A stretch of 63,438 nucleotides of DNA, from positions 1 to 63,438 of IMG/VR virus record IMGVR_UViG_3300046170_000254; one strand, given 5' to 3'. This document shows, one piece after another, positions 1 to 10,577 of the stretch (position 1 is its first letter; each line of letters begins with the position of its first letter). The position numbers and the translations under genes are program-made. The stretch comes from a virus (taxonomy: Duplodnaviria > Caudoviricetes). The notes below the pieces were generated by a model. The model was not told where the DNA came from. It saw only the letters and a list, made by a program, of their open reading frames with translations, and ran no database searches.

Positions 1-1328
1 ACCCTTTTCAAATTCATATAAAGCTATTGCAGAACCATCATCAAAGATGTCTGCTGTAGATGCAGAGCCCAGATTACTTGGTTCATTGTATAGTGTTGTA
101 ACTTCTCCGTCATTAGTTTCGTCTAATGCTCTGTTGAAGATTCTTACTTGGTCTATTTTTCCGTTAAAAACTTGAGCATTTATATTACCTAAAGAGCCTA
201 TATGAAAATTTGTATTACCTGCTCCATAGGTAGCTGCTGTAAATGTAGTACTAGCTTCCTCTGAACCGTTGATATATAATTTTATTGAATTTCCTGAACT
301 ATCTACAGTTACCGCAACGTGATACCAAGTGTTGATTGATAAAATAGTTGAACTTGTTGCAAGAGTGGCGGCTTCGTTGCCATAAGTCAAATAACCACCA
401 GCGCTTACTCTAAATCCAAAACCTTTATTATCAGCGGCATAATTAGAAACTATCTGCTGATATCCACTTGTTGTGTTTGTATTTATCCAAGCTGAAATAG
501 ACATAGTGTCAATATTAAGAACATTGCTTGAAACTTCTATCTCACTACTACTCCCATTAAATTCTGCAGCAGTACCAATCTTACCTTCAATGCTTTGGGT
601 AGATCCATTTCCTTCGTAAGTGTTGATTGTAAAGTTTTGAGATGGAACTATTTCAGCAGAATTAACCGTTATAGAAAAGTTTCTAGGTGTAGCTTGGTTT
701 TCATCATCTATTGCTTCAATAGTAAAGCTGTACAATGTTGTAGATGATTCAGCTGTTGTAGTACCGTCAATGTTTGCACCTGTCAAAGACAGTCCAGTAG
801 GTAATGCTCCATTAGTTATATTAAACGTAATAGTGCCGCCATCTGGTTCTGTAGCTGCTAATGTTATTGTAGATATGGTTGTTTCAGATTCAAACGTACC
901 TAAGCTACCTGTAGCAGTTGTCCATGTTGGAACACCATTATACGATATACCATTAACGAATGTACCTGATGTACCAGTAACTGTATTAGTTACAACAATG
1001 TCATAATCACCAGCTGCTTTAGCAGGGGTAGTTATTGTTAATTGTGTATTAGAGTCGTGTGCAACAGAAGGTGCGGTTGTACCACCAATACTAACTGTCA
1101 TACCACTTGCAGCAAAGCCTAGTTCCAGTTAATACGACTGATTGTCCACCAGCAGGGTCTGCAGCTAGGTCATCACCTGGGTAATCTACTGATGTAACTG
1201 ATGGTCCCTGTAGCACCGCCTTGGGACCAAGACATACTGCCATCGGCATTAGTCATTAAGAAATAACCATCTGTTCCGTGACCTACTACGCCGTGGAATT
1301 GTGCTGCTTTAATTTTTGTGTTTGACAT
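1..1328 (-). CDS. N-terminal part of a tail fibre/adhesin (IPT/TIG, Ig-like and LamG-like domains), continuing in frame across the window junction into 61780..63438
   Basis: ATG at 1328 (MSNTKIKAAQF...), with two single-base insertions near 1205 and 1120. Ends ...IFDDGSAIALYEFEKG at base 1, which joins DTGVPIDNGQSAVF at 63438; the paralog at 47132..49472 reads ALYELDEDANDTGVAIDAGQSASF. Confidence 0.8.
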
Positions 1329-1570
1329 TATTTAGTATTATTTTTTTTAGTTCCTTTTCCGTGACCTGATCGATTAGCTTTAACAGATACAAATTTTTTC
1401 TTAGTATGATCATAGTCCATGTTATCTATATTCTTACCGTTCTTTTTAGCGGCACGACGCTTACGCTGATTCTCTGCTTTCATCTTACGACGACGAGGTG
1501 TCATTGCATAAGCTAAATCTCTTTGCCTTTTTTTAAGAGCAGCTTTCTTAGATAGTTTCTGTTTGGCCAT
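1328..1570 (-). CDS. Small basic protein with a degenerate HNH-like C-terminus (DYDH...ANR)
   Basis: ORF track 1328..1615; likely start is MAKQKLSKK at 1570. K/R-rich; its stop overlaps the next ATG (TAATG). Confidence 0.65.
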   Translation of the reverse strand: MAKQKLSKKAALKKRQRDLAYAMTPRRRKMKAENQRKRRAAKKNGKNIDNMDYDHTKKKFVSVKANRSGHGKGTKKNNTK

Positions 1571-1626
1571 GTCTATATATAAGTTAACATGTATATAATT
1601 ACACGGAGTCCCCATATATTAAAAGT

Positions 1627-1672
1627 GCGACGTTAGCCCCCTACATTATATATATTAACACCCTAATGTCAC
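1627..1672. repeat. Imperfect inverted-repeat site, copy 1 (GCGACGTTAG-N26-CTAATGTCAC)
   Basis: Read directly; AT-rich spacer; lies at the divergent strand switch; second copy at 7878..7922. Confidence 0.8.
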
Positions 1673-1822
1673 CCTGCAGGGAAATTTTAGGATAAGATAT
1701 AGGGAAGTAATGGGTAACACATAACATATTGACAACCAGCCCTTTATAACAAACTCATTATCAAACCCCCACGGGGCCCTCATTATCAGCACTTTATGAA
1801 AAGTTTTTAGGTTTTTACAAAT

Positions 1823-1853
1823 TACAGACTTAGTACGTTACTATTTGGATAAT
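1823..1853 (+). promoter_or_regulatory. Putative early promoter, copy 1 (TACA-N8-ACG-N9-GGATAAT)
   Basis: TACAgacttagtACGttactatttGGATAAT. Confidence 0.65.
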
Positions 1854-1901
1854 GTAGTTAGGCGTTGATCGTATCGATACACGTTTTCGTGTATAGCAAA
1901 T

Positions 1902-1932
1902 TACAAGTTAAACACGAATCAATTTGGATAAT
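1902..1932 (+). promoter_or_regulatory. Putative early promoter, copy 2
   Basis: TACAagttaaacACGaatcaatttGGATAAT; ATG at 1958. Confidence 0.75.
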
Positions 1933-2118
1933 ATATATGTAACAAAAAATAATAAATATGAAAACTTTTATAACTTACAAAATTAATAATGATTTCTTTG
2001 AATTAGATTTTAATAATAATAAAGAAGAAGAGAAAGAAATGTTAAACTATATTAAAGATAATAATATAAAAGAATTTAAAAGATTAGAAAATAGTAAAGG
2101 TTATAGATTTAATGTTTT

Positions 2119-2149
2119 TACAAACTAAACACGACCTCAACTGGATAAT
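2119..2149 (+). promoter_or_regulatory. Putative early promoter, copy 3
   Basis: TACAaactaaacACGacctcaactGGATAAT. Confidence 0.75.
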
Positions 2150-2719
2150 ATATATGAACATTAAAACTAACAACATGAATAGAGAAGATCGAATAGAAGA
2201 ATTATATAACCAACTAATACAAGAACATTCAGAGTTACAATATGAATATCTTGATGACGAACTCCAAGATGTGATCATGGAAATGGTATACAAAAGATTA
2301 GATAACAAATAAAACAAACAACATGGAACTAACTAAACACGAACTCAACCTTATCTACAATTGCCTAGAAGATTGTGCCAACTCAGATAGTTGGGAACAT
2401 TACTCAGACATAGTATGGGAATTATCAATCAAAGTTAAAGAAATGGTTAACAATATTAAGTAAAATAAGTAAAACACACACATTCACACACTGGACTATA
2501 CCACCACACTTAAAATCATTAACAAATAAAACACACACTCTATGACTACTGAACAAGTAAACAAAATCAAAAAGAAAATAGCAAGACAAAACAAGCATAC
2601 TCAAGACCTTATGGCAAATTACATTAGACCAGTTAAAAGAGTAACAAGAGTAACATTTGCAAGGAAAGCACTCTGGGACAATATAGACACAACAAAAGAA
2701 TATTATTCTTACACTAGAC

Positions 2720-2750
2720 TACAAGCTTAATACGATGCAAATTGGATAAT
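2720..2750 (+). promoter_or_regulatory. Putative early promoter, copy 4
   Basis: TACAagcttaatACGatgcaaattGGATAAT. Confidence 0.75.
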
Positions 2751-3755
2751 ATAAATGAACATAAAAACAAACACAATGCAAAAAATAGTAATTGACTGGA
2801 ACATAACTGGAAGCTTAATGAACAACAAATACAACTTACATTTAACACTTACTGATGGTACACAAAAAACAATAACTGACACACTAAGTGAATTAACTAA
2901 AATAGTAAAAACATTATGATACCACAACTACACGAAATAAATGGCAAACTAGATATGCTACAAGATCTAAAAATACAAGGTCTAGGATTATCACTCGATC
3001 AACAAGAAGCGTTGCTTGATATACACCAACAACTAATAGACAGACGAATTGAATTAATAAAAGAAATTAAAAAACAATATATAACATGATAATAGTAAAC
3101 AAATACACAGGACGTGACGTCTCAAAAGAATTTGGTGCACTAATGGAAGGCATCATCACAAACGAAGAATTTGAATTAATAACAATGACACTAAAATGAT
3201 CACACAAGAACAAATAGAAGCTAAGCTAAAACAAATACAAGAGTTCGAAAAAGAACACGGTACAGATCACGGAATCACTTCTGTGAATGCAATGAAGAAG
3301 TATTGCCTTGATGCGAACTACAGAAAACGAGTTAAACAATTTAATAAAGCAAGTATAAACACAATCAAACATTATGCAAGATACGGATACTAAAAATGAA
3401 ATGCCTTGGGACTTTTGGAATTATGATATTAACCCAATACTAGGATACAAATTAGAAAAACCATCTTTAACATTTAGAGGTGCTAGAAACAAAAGTGAAT
3501 ACAACGAAGAAGACGATATAAAATTATGAAAACAAAAGACGAAGTACTACAACAAATATTTGACAATGACCCAATGGGAATATTAGATGAAGAATTTACA
3601 ACTAAAGATAAATTGTATATGCTACGTCAAACCATTGATGACCTTGTTGCGATCGGTCCAGACTATGCACACTTTATGAATGCACAAATTGCACACAAGA
3701 ATTTAAAGAAGATTAAGAAACTATTAGAATATATAGGCTAATTGCTATACACAAT

Positions 3756-3786
3756 TACAAACCTAACACGAATACAAACGGATAAT
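3756..3786 (+). promoter_or_regulatory. Putative early promoter, copy 5
   Basis: TACAaacctaacACGaatacaaacGGATAAT; ATG at 3815. Confidence 0.75.
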
Positions 3787-5002
3787 ATATAAGAACATTA
3801 AAACAAACACAATTATGAAAACATTTGACAGATACAAACAAAACTTAAAACAAGTCGGCAATGACATTTATTCTTATGATACACACGTTGCTGAAATAAA
3901 AGATGGTAAACTTCATTTGATGAATTGGCATGTACCCGGCGTTGGATCACACAGCGTTACAACGTCGAAGCATGTCAACTATGTAGCACAACAACTTAAT
4001 CTTGAAATAGCATGATAACTGAATGTAGCTACTGTAATGAACCGTTACACGAGGAAGAAATAGAATTTTATAACACACAAGTAGATGCAATACCACTTTG
4101 CACAAACTGCGGAATTAAATTATGGTAATATGAAAAACTGGATATTTTACGGAGAAAACGAAAATGGTGCACGAGTTGTACACTATATCAAACGATGCAA
4201 AAAGCCTGTATTAACAGCTGAACGCAAAAAAATGATGCAACACCTTGATAATTATGTTTATCAACGTGTAGGCTATATGACAGCCGATGCATGGAACAAA
4301 AGTAGTCAATATATAAAATTTAACTCACAACCAGAATGAACACAATAGTACAACAAATGGCCGATCACTGTATTGAAGTTATTGACCAATACATTGACAA
4401 CACAATACACTGGCAACTCGATGAAGAAGATATTGAAGCCGGCGACTTAAATGAATTAGAATTAAAAATAAAACAACAAATATTATTTACATTAATTAAA
4501 AAAGTAACAAAATGAACAACATTTACACAAAACTAGCAGAAGCTTTAAACATTTATGAATTCACTGAAGACTATACACCAAACGCTGCGTTGCAAATTAG
4601 CGAATATATGACTGCAGATAGCTATGACATACACGTTATGACTAACGATCCTTCGCTTTTAATGTGGGACACCGATGTGTACTATTATCAACCATCGTTC
4701 AATGATATTATCGATCGCATTAAAGACTTAGACGAAGATGCTATCGTATACGTAAGCGATCTTGACCAATACTTACCAGAGTATGAAGTTGAAAACTATC
4801 TTGAAGACCACTGGAAACAACTACAGGCTGAAAATGAAGTATAAAAATATATGGGAAAATTAATTATAACATACAGCGGAAAAAAAATTGAATACTTAAT
4901 TAATACACAGGTTGAAAATCATATATCTATGAAAGCTATTGAAGACATACTTAAATACTTTCCAAAAGATGCGCCTGTTGAATTTGAAGAATTATTTTAA
5001 AC

Positions 5003-5033
5003 TACAAAGTAAACACGAGTAGTAAAGGATAAT
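5003..5033 (+). promoter_or_regulatory. Putative early promoter, copy 6
   Basis: TACAaagtaaacACGagtagtaaaGGATAAT. Confidence 0.75.
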
Positions 5034-5456
5034 ATATATGAATAACAACAAACAATTAAAATTAAATATTATGAACACACAATTACAAAATTACTTAGAC
5101 TTACAAAACAAAATTGATCGCATTGAAAAATTAACTAATGCTGATTGGGACACAAGATACATGCTTGAAAAGTTTGTACCCACTGTATGGAATGACGGCT
5201 TTGACGTGCAAGATATAATTGACTACATAACAGTCAAGCTTCACGACAGTAATAGCAAAGCTTGAAAACGAAAAAGAAATAGTAACAACACAAACTAAAT
5301 AATATGGCTGGTAATAAATTTGACACACAGTTTGCTATACACAAGCCAAAGTTTTATAGCTTAACGTTCAAAGATCTATACAACGAAGAACGTACAATGA
5401 CTGGCACACCTAGTCAAGTTATAAACTACATACTTAATCAACAACTATAAAATATA

Positions 5457-5625
5457 TGATGGTCCTCTACCCTGTTGGCTTCAGCGAGGATAGGGATTAG
5501 CTACCTGAAGAACCTCAAATGGACGCCATCAAAATATACCTTCAATCAGTTTGTGTGTTTGTTTGACCAAAAACCGTCGTACCACTGCAGAGGTAATAAA
5601 ACCGGCGGTGAGGTCTTCACACAAA
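5457..5625 (+). ncRNA. Candidate two-domain structured RNA
   Basis: GC-richer intergenic island with several complementary segments (see findings); family not recognised. Confidence 0.45.
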
Positions 5626-6213
5626 TTAATAATAACTTTAAAAAAAACATTATGACAAATCCAATTGACGATCGAATTGAGGCAAAGCTAATATCTAAAA
5701 TAGCACACTACAGATTAAGTGTACGCACTCAATTTCGTAACAGACACCACGCTGCTTGGCCTGATCTATCTTATAAATTAGTTATGGGCGACATTAGCAA
5801 CCTAAGAGTATGGATGCGAATGGCTGAACTAATTGAACCAATGAAAACAAATATACCATATACAACATATATGGCTAAAGAATTAACGTTATGATTATAG
5901 ATGTACGATCTGAACATTCAGTATTTATAACTATAGGCACTGAAACATATTATATAGACAACTCAACTGGTGAACATTTAATGGAACACTGGAAAACTTC
6001 ACCTGAATATACTAAACCTTTATATTAAATGATTGCAAATATTAATGATACAACATCTGGCATTTGGAATTTTTTACTTGATTTCCAAACAGGTATATAT
6101 GACGATAGCCCTATAAGTGAGGCTGAACAATATAATATATATGAATTTACTAAAGCTATTAAAGCTGTACAATTAGAATTAAATGAAATAAATAAATTAA
6201 TAAATAAATAAAA

Positions 6214-6438
6214 ATGAAATACTCTAAAATACAATTATTATCAATTGACTCTCAAGCAATTAGAAAAGTTTTATACAATTATTCTGATGAAACATTAAAA
6301 ATACAATTCAATTCAAGAGATGAATATGAATATGAACAGGTACCTCGTCATGTATTTGAGGGACTACAGAACTCATCTTCCCAAGGTAGATTTTTAAACA
6401 GATATATTTTAAAACAATTTAATTATAAAAAATTATAA
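6214..6438 (+). CDS. KTSC domain protein
   Basis: IDSQAIRKVLYN...LKIQF...YEYEQVP..VFEGL..SSSQGRFLN matches the KTSC pattern. Confidence 0.8.
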   Translation: MKYSKIQLLSIDSQAIRKVLYNYSDETLKIQFNSRDEYEYEQVPRHVFEGLQNSSSQGRFLNRYILKQFNYKKL

Positions 6439-6439
6439 G

Positions 6440-6913
6440 ATGAACAAAACAAAAAAAGTATCTTTAAAAATTAAAGACATTAAAAAAATTATTGAAAAAA
6501 AATATAAAGTAGATCTTGCTGCTAATGATAGAAAAAGAAATACTGTTTACTTCAGAGCAATATACTTTATGTTATGCAGAGAATTTACTTATTCTTCTCT
6601 TACAGCAATGGGTGAGCTTGTAAATAGAGACCATGCAGGCGCGATCCATGGTATTAATAATATATTTGAAAACCAAATAAAAATATTTGCACCTGAATAT
6701 TATGACATATATAAAAATCTATGCAAAGTCTTAGAAGCCAAAAGTGCTCGTGTTAGAAAAGAAATAATACCTGATCCTTATTATAAAGAAAAATATAGAA
6801 AAGTATTATTAGAATACAGAGGTTTAATTCATAGGCATAAGTTTTCACTTAAAGAGCTTAAAAGAATGGGACATAAGTTTACTGAATCACAACAATTAAA
6901 AACATATTTATGA
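6440..6913 (+). CDS. DnaA C-terminal-like HTH DNA-binding protein
   Basis: RKRNTVYFRAIYFMLCREFTYSSLTAMGELVNRDHAGAIHG resembles DnaA domain IV (RDHTTV). Confidence 0.75.
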   Translation: MNKTKKVSLKIKDIKKIIEKKYKVDLAANDRKRNTVYFRAIYFMLCREFTYSSLTAMGELVNRDHAGAIHGINNIFENQIKIFAPEYYDIYKNLCKVLEAKSARVRKEIIPDPYYKEKYRKVLLEYRGLIHRHKFSLKELKRMGHKFTESQQLKTYL

Positions 6914-7107
6914 CACTACAAGAATTAAAACAATACGTAAAAGATAAACGTAAGGCTAAAGCTAACGAATGGCGTGCACAGAATGCTATACACGGCCGCT
7001 GTGAGCCTTTGACCGACAAAGAGTACTATAAGTACAGAGAAATTATATTTAATGGCAAAAACGCTTATAAAACTAAAATTGTAAATAACAACGGATTTAA
7101 ATTATGA
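6910..7107 (+). CDS. Hypothetical protein
   Basis: ORF with ATGA overlap. Confidence 0.6.
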   Translation: MTLQELKQYVKDKRKAKANEWRAQNAIHGRCEPLTDKEYYKYREIIFNGKNAYKTKIVNNNGFKL

Positions 7108-7240
7108 TGCAAATAATGACCTTTAGTTTATTTATATTATCAACTGGCATTTTACTGGTTGGTATAGCTTTGATAATAGATGTAACTAAAAAAGATAAAT
7201 ATTAAATAAATATTATAACAAGCAATACTTAATATTACCT

Positions 7241-7519
7241 ATGGAATTAAGCGATGAACAATTAGAAAAATTGGCTGAAAAACTGTTTAAAAAACTTATA
7301 AAAGAACAGGAAAAATACGAGAAAAATAATCCTTTATATATATTGAGCGATGAATTTGGAAATACAAGCGAAGTTTCTGAGTCAGCATATTATATGTATG
7401 AATTAGATAAATTGAAAGATTTAGAAAAAGAATACGTAAGACAAGAAAAATATGAAGAGGCAGATGCTATTAAGCGTAAGATAACAGAGTTAAAAATTAA
7501 ATTAAGAGGTATAAGATAA
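7241..7519 (+). CDS. Hypothetical protein with C-terminal UVR (UvrB/C)-like motif
   Basis: EKEYVRQEKYEEADAIKRKI. Confidence 0.55.
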   Translation: MELSDEQLEKLAEKLFKKLIKEQEKYEKNNPLYILSDEFGNTSEVSESAYYMYELDKLKDLEKEYVRQEKYEEADAIKRKITELKIKLRGIR

Positions 7520-7583
7520 ATGAGCAGAAAATTATATATTCATAAAATTATTAATAAACAATTATCAGTTAAAAATAAAGTAT

Positions 7584-7790
7584 ATGAAAGTAAATTTTAC
7601 AACAAGAAAACAAAAACATATTAATTATGTAAGAAATTATATATTTGAAATGCATATGCAATTATCACGTGAGGTACTTGATATATCTGATTTGTCTGGA
7701 AGACAATTAAATGCTAAAGTTAAAGTGCTGAAATCTAAAACACAGCAAATGAAAAAATATAAAAAATATTTAAATTTATTATCATTCTAA
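7584..7790 (+). CDS. Hypothetical protein
   Basis: ORF track; in-operon position. Confidence 0.55.
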   Translation: MKVNFTTRKQKHINYVRNYIFEMHMQLSREVLDISDLSGRQLNAKVKVLKSKTQQMKKYKKYLNLLSF

Positions 7791-7877
7791 TGGGAAAAAC
7801 AAAAGAACTACTTGAAGAACTATCAAAAGAAGAATTATCAAATATGGAAATAGTATATGAGATCATCGGAGCAGAGT

Positions 7878-7922
7878 GCGACGATAGGTAGTTATATATA
7901 AATAGTAATAGGCTAATGTCAC
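7878..7922. repeat. Imperfect inverted-repeat site, copy 2 (GCGACGATAG-N25-CTAATGTCAC), overlapping the ATG of 7916..8551
   Basis: Read directly; same arms and orientation as 1627..1672. Confidence 0.8.
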
Positions 7923-8551
7923 ACAGAAACATAGAGTACTTGCATCGTAGAAATATTATATATAGACGCGATCCTATAAACGATACTCCCACTGAAATAT
8001 TTAGTTGGGGTAAATTTTATGAGGAGGGTACCTATGAGTGTTATGAATTATTCAGAAGTAAAGCAAAAATAACAACTTATAAGTCTTTTAAATGGCACAT
8101 ATTAGTGCTTTGGCACTTAAACCCTAAGCTAGACGATAAACAATTTGAGGATTTAGTTTATTTTTTAGCTGATAAACAAAATGGATTTGTTACCTTTACA
8201 ATACCTGAGCATGTTATATACAATATTGCTTATGAAGTTTCAAAAGAAGATTTAGAAGAATCTCCTAAAAACAAAATAAGAAAAATAATATTTAAAGACA
8301 ATTGCGGATTAACAAGCACAGAGAAGTTAAAGATAGTAGGTACTTTAATGGGTAAAAAGAAAAAAGCTGAAGAGTCGGATATATATGAAGCAATGATAAT
8401 GCTACACGATAACTCTAAGAAAATCACAGTAAAAAGTTTATCTAAGATATTGAACGTATCTACGAGAACTATATACAGAAATATTACAAATGATTTAAAC
8501 AGAGAAAAAGCATTACTCAATGAAGAAATTCAACATTCCAAACTATGCTAG
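7916..8551 (+). CDS. C-terminal HTH DNA-binding protein, candidate replication initiator
   Basis: ITVKSLSKILNVSTRTIYRNI HTH; first gene of the replication module. Confidence 0.6.
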   Translation: MSHRNIEYLHRRNIIYRRDPINDTPTEIFSWGKFYEEGTYECYELFRSKAKITTYKSFKWHILVLWHLNPKLDDKQFEDLVYFLADKQNGFVTFTIPEHVIYNIAYEVSKEDLEESPKNKIRKIIFKDNCGLTSTEKLKIVGTLMGKKKKAEESDIYEAMIMLHDNSKKITVKSLSKILNVSTRTIYRNITNDLNREKALLNEEIQHSKLC

Positions 8552-9258
8552 GTTTAAAAATGATTTAAATGAAATTAATTTAGATTTATATAACGATAGA
8601 GATAAATTAATTGTAGAGAATATAAAATTAGTAGAGAACATAGCTAGATCATTTTCAACTATGCAGCAAGCATCGGGAGTATTAGATATAACAGATTTAA
8701 TACAAGAAGGTACAGTTGGTTTAATTGCAGCTGTAGATAAAATTGAATGGCAAACAATTAAGCTTTCAACCGATCCAGAAAGAACATTAAAATCTTTTTT
8801 AAGTAAAAGAATTAAAGGAGCAATAAGAAGAGCTATTGATATTAATAGAGGGAAATATTAGAATACCGGAGCATAAATTAAATGATATGCGTAAAAATTC
8901 TGAACAAGAAAAAAAGATGGTGGAAATATTTTTTAATAGTATTTTTCAAAGTATTGATAGCATCGAGCACCATACTAATATGAAGTATGATATTATTGAT
9001 CCAACAAAAGAATACAATATAGATATATTAAACAAATATTTATTAAGTATAATGGAAACGCATCTATCTATAAAAGAATATGATGTATTACGCATGAGTT
9101 ACGGTTTAGACTGTGATAAAATGCAGGCTAAAGAAATTGCAGAAAAATTAAAAATTGAGGGGACAGCTGCTTATGTTAGAATATCTCAAATAAAGCGCGA
9201 TGCTATTGACAAGCTAATAGAAAATGTTGACCCAGCTCAAGTGTCTGATTTACTGTAA
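8520..9258 (+). CDS. Sigma-70-family RNA polymerase sigma factor, split by an extra G near 8850
   Basis: Region 2: LIVENIKLVENIAR...DLIQEGTVGLIAAVDK; then NIRIPEH; region 4: LSIKEYDVLRMSYGL...AKEIAEKL...RISQIKRDAIDKL. Confidence 0.9.
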
Positions 9259-9291
9259 GTTAAAAATTATTTTAAATTAAATTAAATAAAA

Positions 9292-9854
9292 ATGAGCAAA
9301 AAAACTATTCATGAAAAATTAAGTTTGATTCAGCAAGAATTTAAATCTAAAAAATCCAGGTTCAATTCATTTGGAAAATATAATTTTAGATCAGCTGAAG
9401 ATATTCTTGAAGCTTTAAAACCATTTAACAAAAAATATAATGTATATTTTACAGTTAACGAAAAGTATTTAGGGGACGGGCGTTATAGAATCTACTGCTA
9501 CTATATTTGATGCAGAAGGCGCAAACTTTATTCCAGCTACAGCTTTAGTAGGCTGTTGACTTCAATCAAAAAGGTATGCAAGTACCTCAACAATTTGGTT
9601 CAGCATCTTCTTATGGTAAAAAATATTCGTTAGGTAATCTATTATTAATAGATGATACTGCGGATTCAGATGCTACTAATAACCATTCAACAAAAACATC
9701 TAAACCAAAACTATCTAAAGGTACAGATAATTGGAACAGTGCTGTTGAATATATAAAATCAGGAGGTAAGATTACTGCGATACTAACTAAGTACGATGTA
9801 TCAGTAGTAGATAAATCCGAATTAAAATCATATGAAGTTAGATCAGGCAATTAA
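9292..9854 (+). CDS. ERF-family ssDNA-annealing protein, with two single-base insertions (~9480, ~9553)
   Basis: KSRFNSFGKYNFRSAEDILEALKP and QQFGSASSYGKKYSLGNLLLIDDTADSD. Confidence 0.85.
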
Positions 9855-10563
9855 TAAACTTAGGGAAGATGAACATTACTATGGTAAGTTCGGAAAACAG
9901 TATTTAAGTAATTCAGATATTTATTCGTTGTTGTCTAATCCTTTAAGTTTTAGGCAACCTCAAAAATCATCTGCGGCATTTTTAATAGGTGGTTACTTTC
10001 ATACTTGTATATTAGAACCTGATAAACTTAAAAAGTATAAAGTTGTAAAAGCATCTACAAGGAATACAAAAGCTTATAAAGAAGTTTCAGATGGAGAGTT
10101 GTGTTTACTTCAGCATGAAGTAGATATGATTGAGATGATGAAAGATAAGATGATGAACAATACGATTTGTAAAGATTTTATTCAAAACAAATCTAATGAA
10201 TATGAAGTGCCTGGTATAACCAGTTTAGAAGGCAACTTATGGAAAGGTAAAGCGGATATAGTTAATCATGATGAGAAACTAATTATTGATTTGAAAACAA
10301 CGAACGATATTTCTAAATTTAAATTTTCAGCTTCTAAATATAATTATGATAGTCAGGCTTATATATATAGAGAACTATTTGGTTATGATTTTTTATTCTT
10401 GGTTATAGATAAAAATACACACCAAATTGGTATCTTTGATTGCTCCGACAGATTTTATCAATCAGGGTTGGATAAAGTAAGAAGAGCAAGCGAAGTGTAT
10501 GAACTGTTTTACAAAACAGAAAACTTTGATCCAGATCAATATTTTTTAACTAAAACCCTTTAA
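9832..10563 (+). CDS. PD-(D/E)XK exonuclease (RecE/ExoVIII-like)
   Basis: LSNSDI, GGYFH..ILEP, KGKAD...IIDLKTT, YDSQAYIY. Confidence 0.85.
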   Translation: MKLDQAINKLREDEHYYGKFGKQYLSNSDIYSLLSNPLSFRQPQKSSAAFLIGGYFHTCILEPDKLKKYKVVKASTRNTKAYKEVSDGELCLLQHEVDMIEMMKDKMMNNTICKDFIQNKSNEYEVPGITSLEGNLWKGKADIVNHDEKLIIDLKTTNDISKFKFSASKYNYDSQAYIYRELFGYDFLFLVIDKNTHQIGIFDCSDRFYQSGLDKVRRASEVYELFYKTENFDPDQYFLTKTL

Positions 10564-10577
10564 TTAAATTTTATATT

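Larger units (their letters stand above)
1958..6211 (+). other. Early/host-takeover region of tightly packed small ORFs of unknown function (e.g. 2175..2312, 2542..2730, 3196..3393, 3526..3741, 3815..4015, 4085..4339, 4512..4844, 5071..5265, 5652..5894, 6029..6211)
   Basis: All on + strand, A/C-skewed, with A-rich leaders and interspersed promoter motifs; no recognisable domains. Confidence 0.7.

Noticed and set aside
1823-5033. Early repeats as a CRISPR or mini-array
   Set aside because: Spacing is irregular (79 to >1200 nt), ORFs lie between copies, interiors are degenerate and no cas genes are present.
5505-5530. Hammerhead ribozyme (CUGAAGA core)
   Set aside because: No GAAA after a stem II and no matching cleavage-site helix.
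5475-5651. N-terminal extension of ORF 5475..5894
   Set aside because: TTG start running through the structured island; the ATG at 5652 has the typical A-rich leader.
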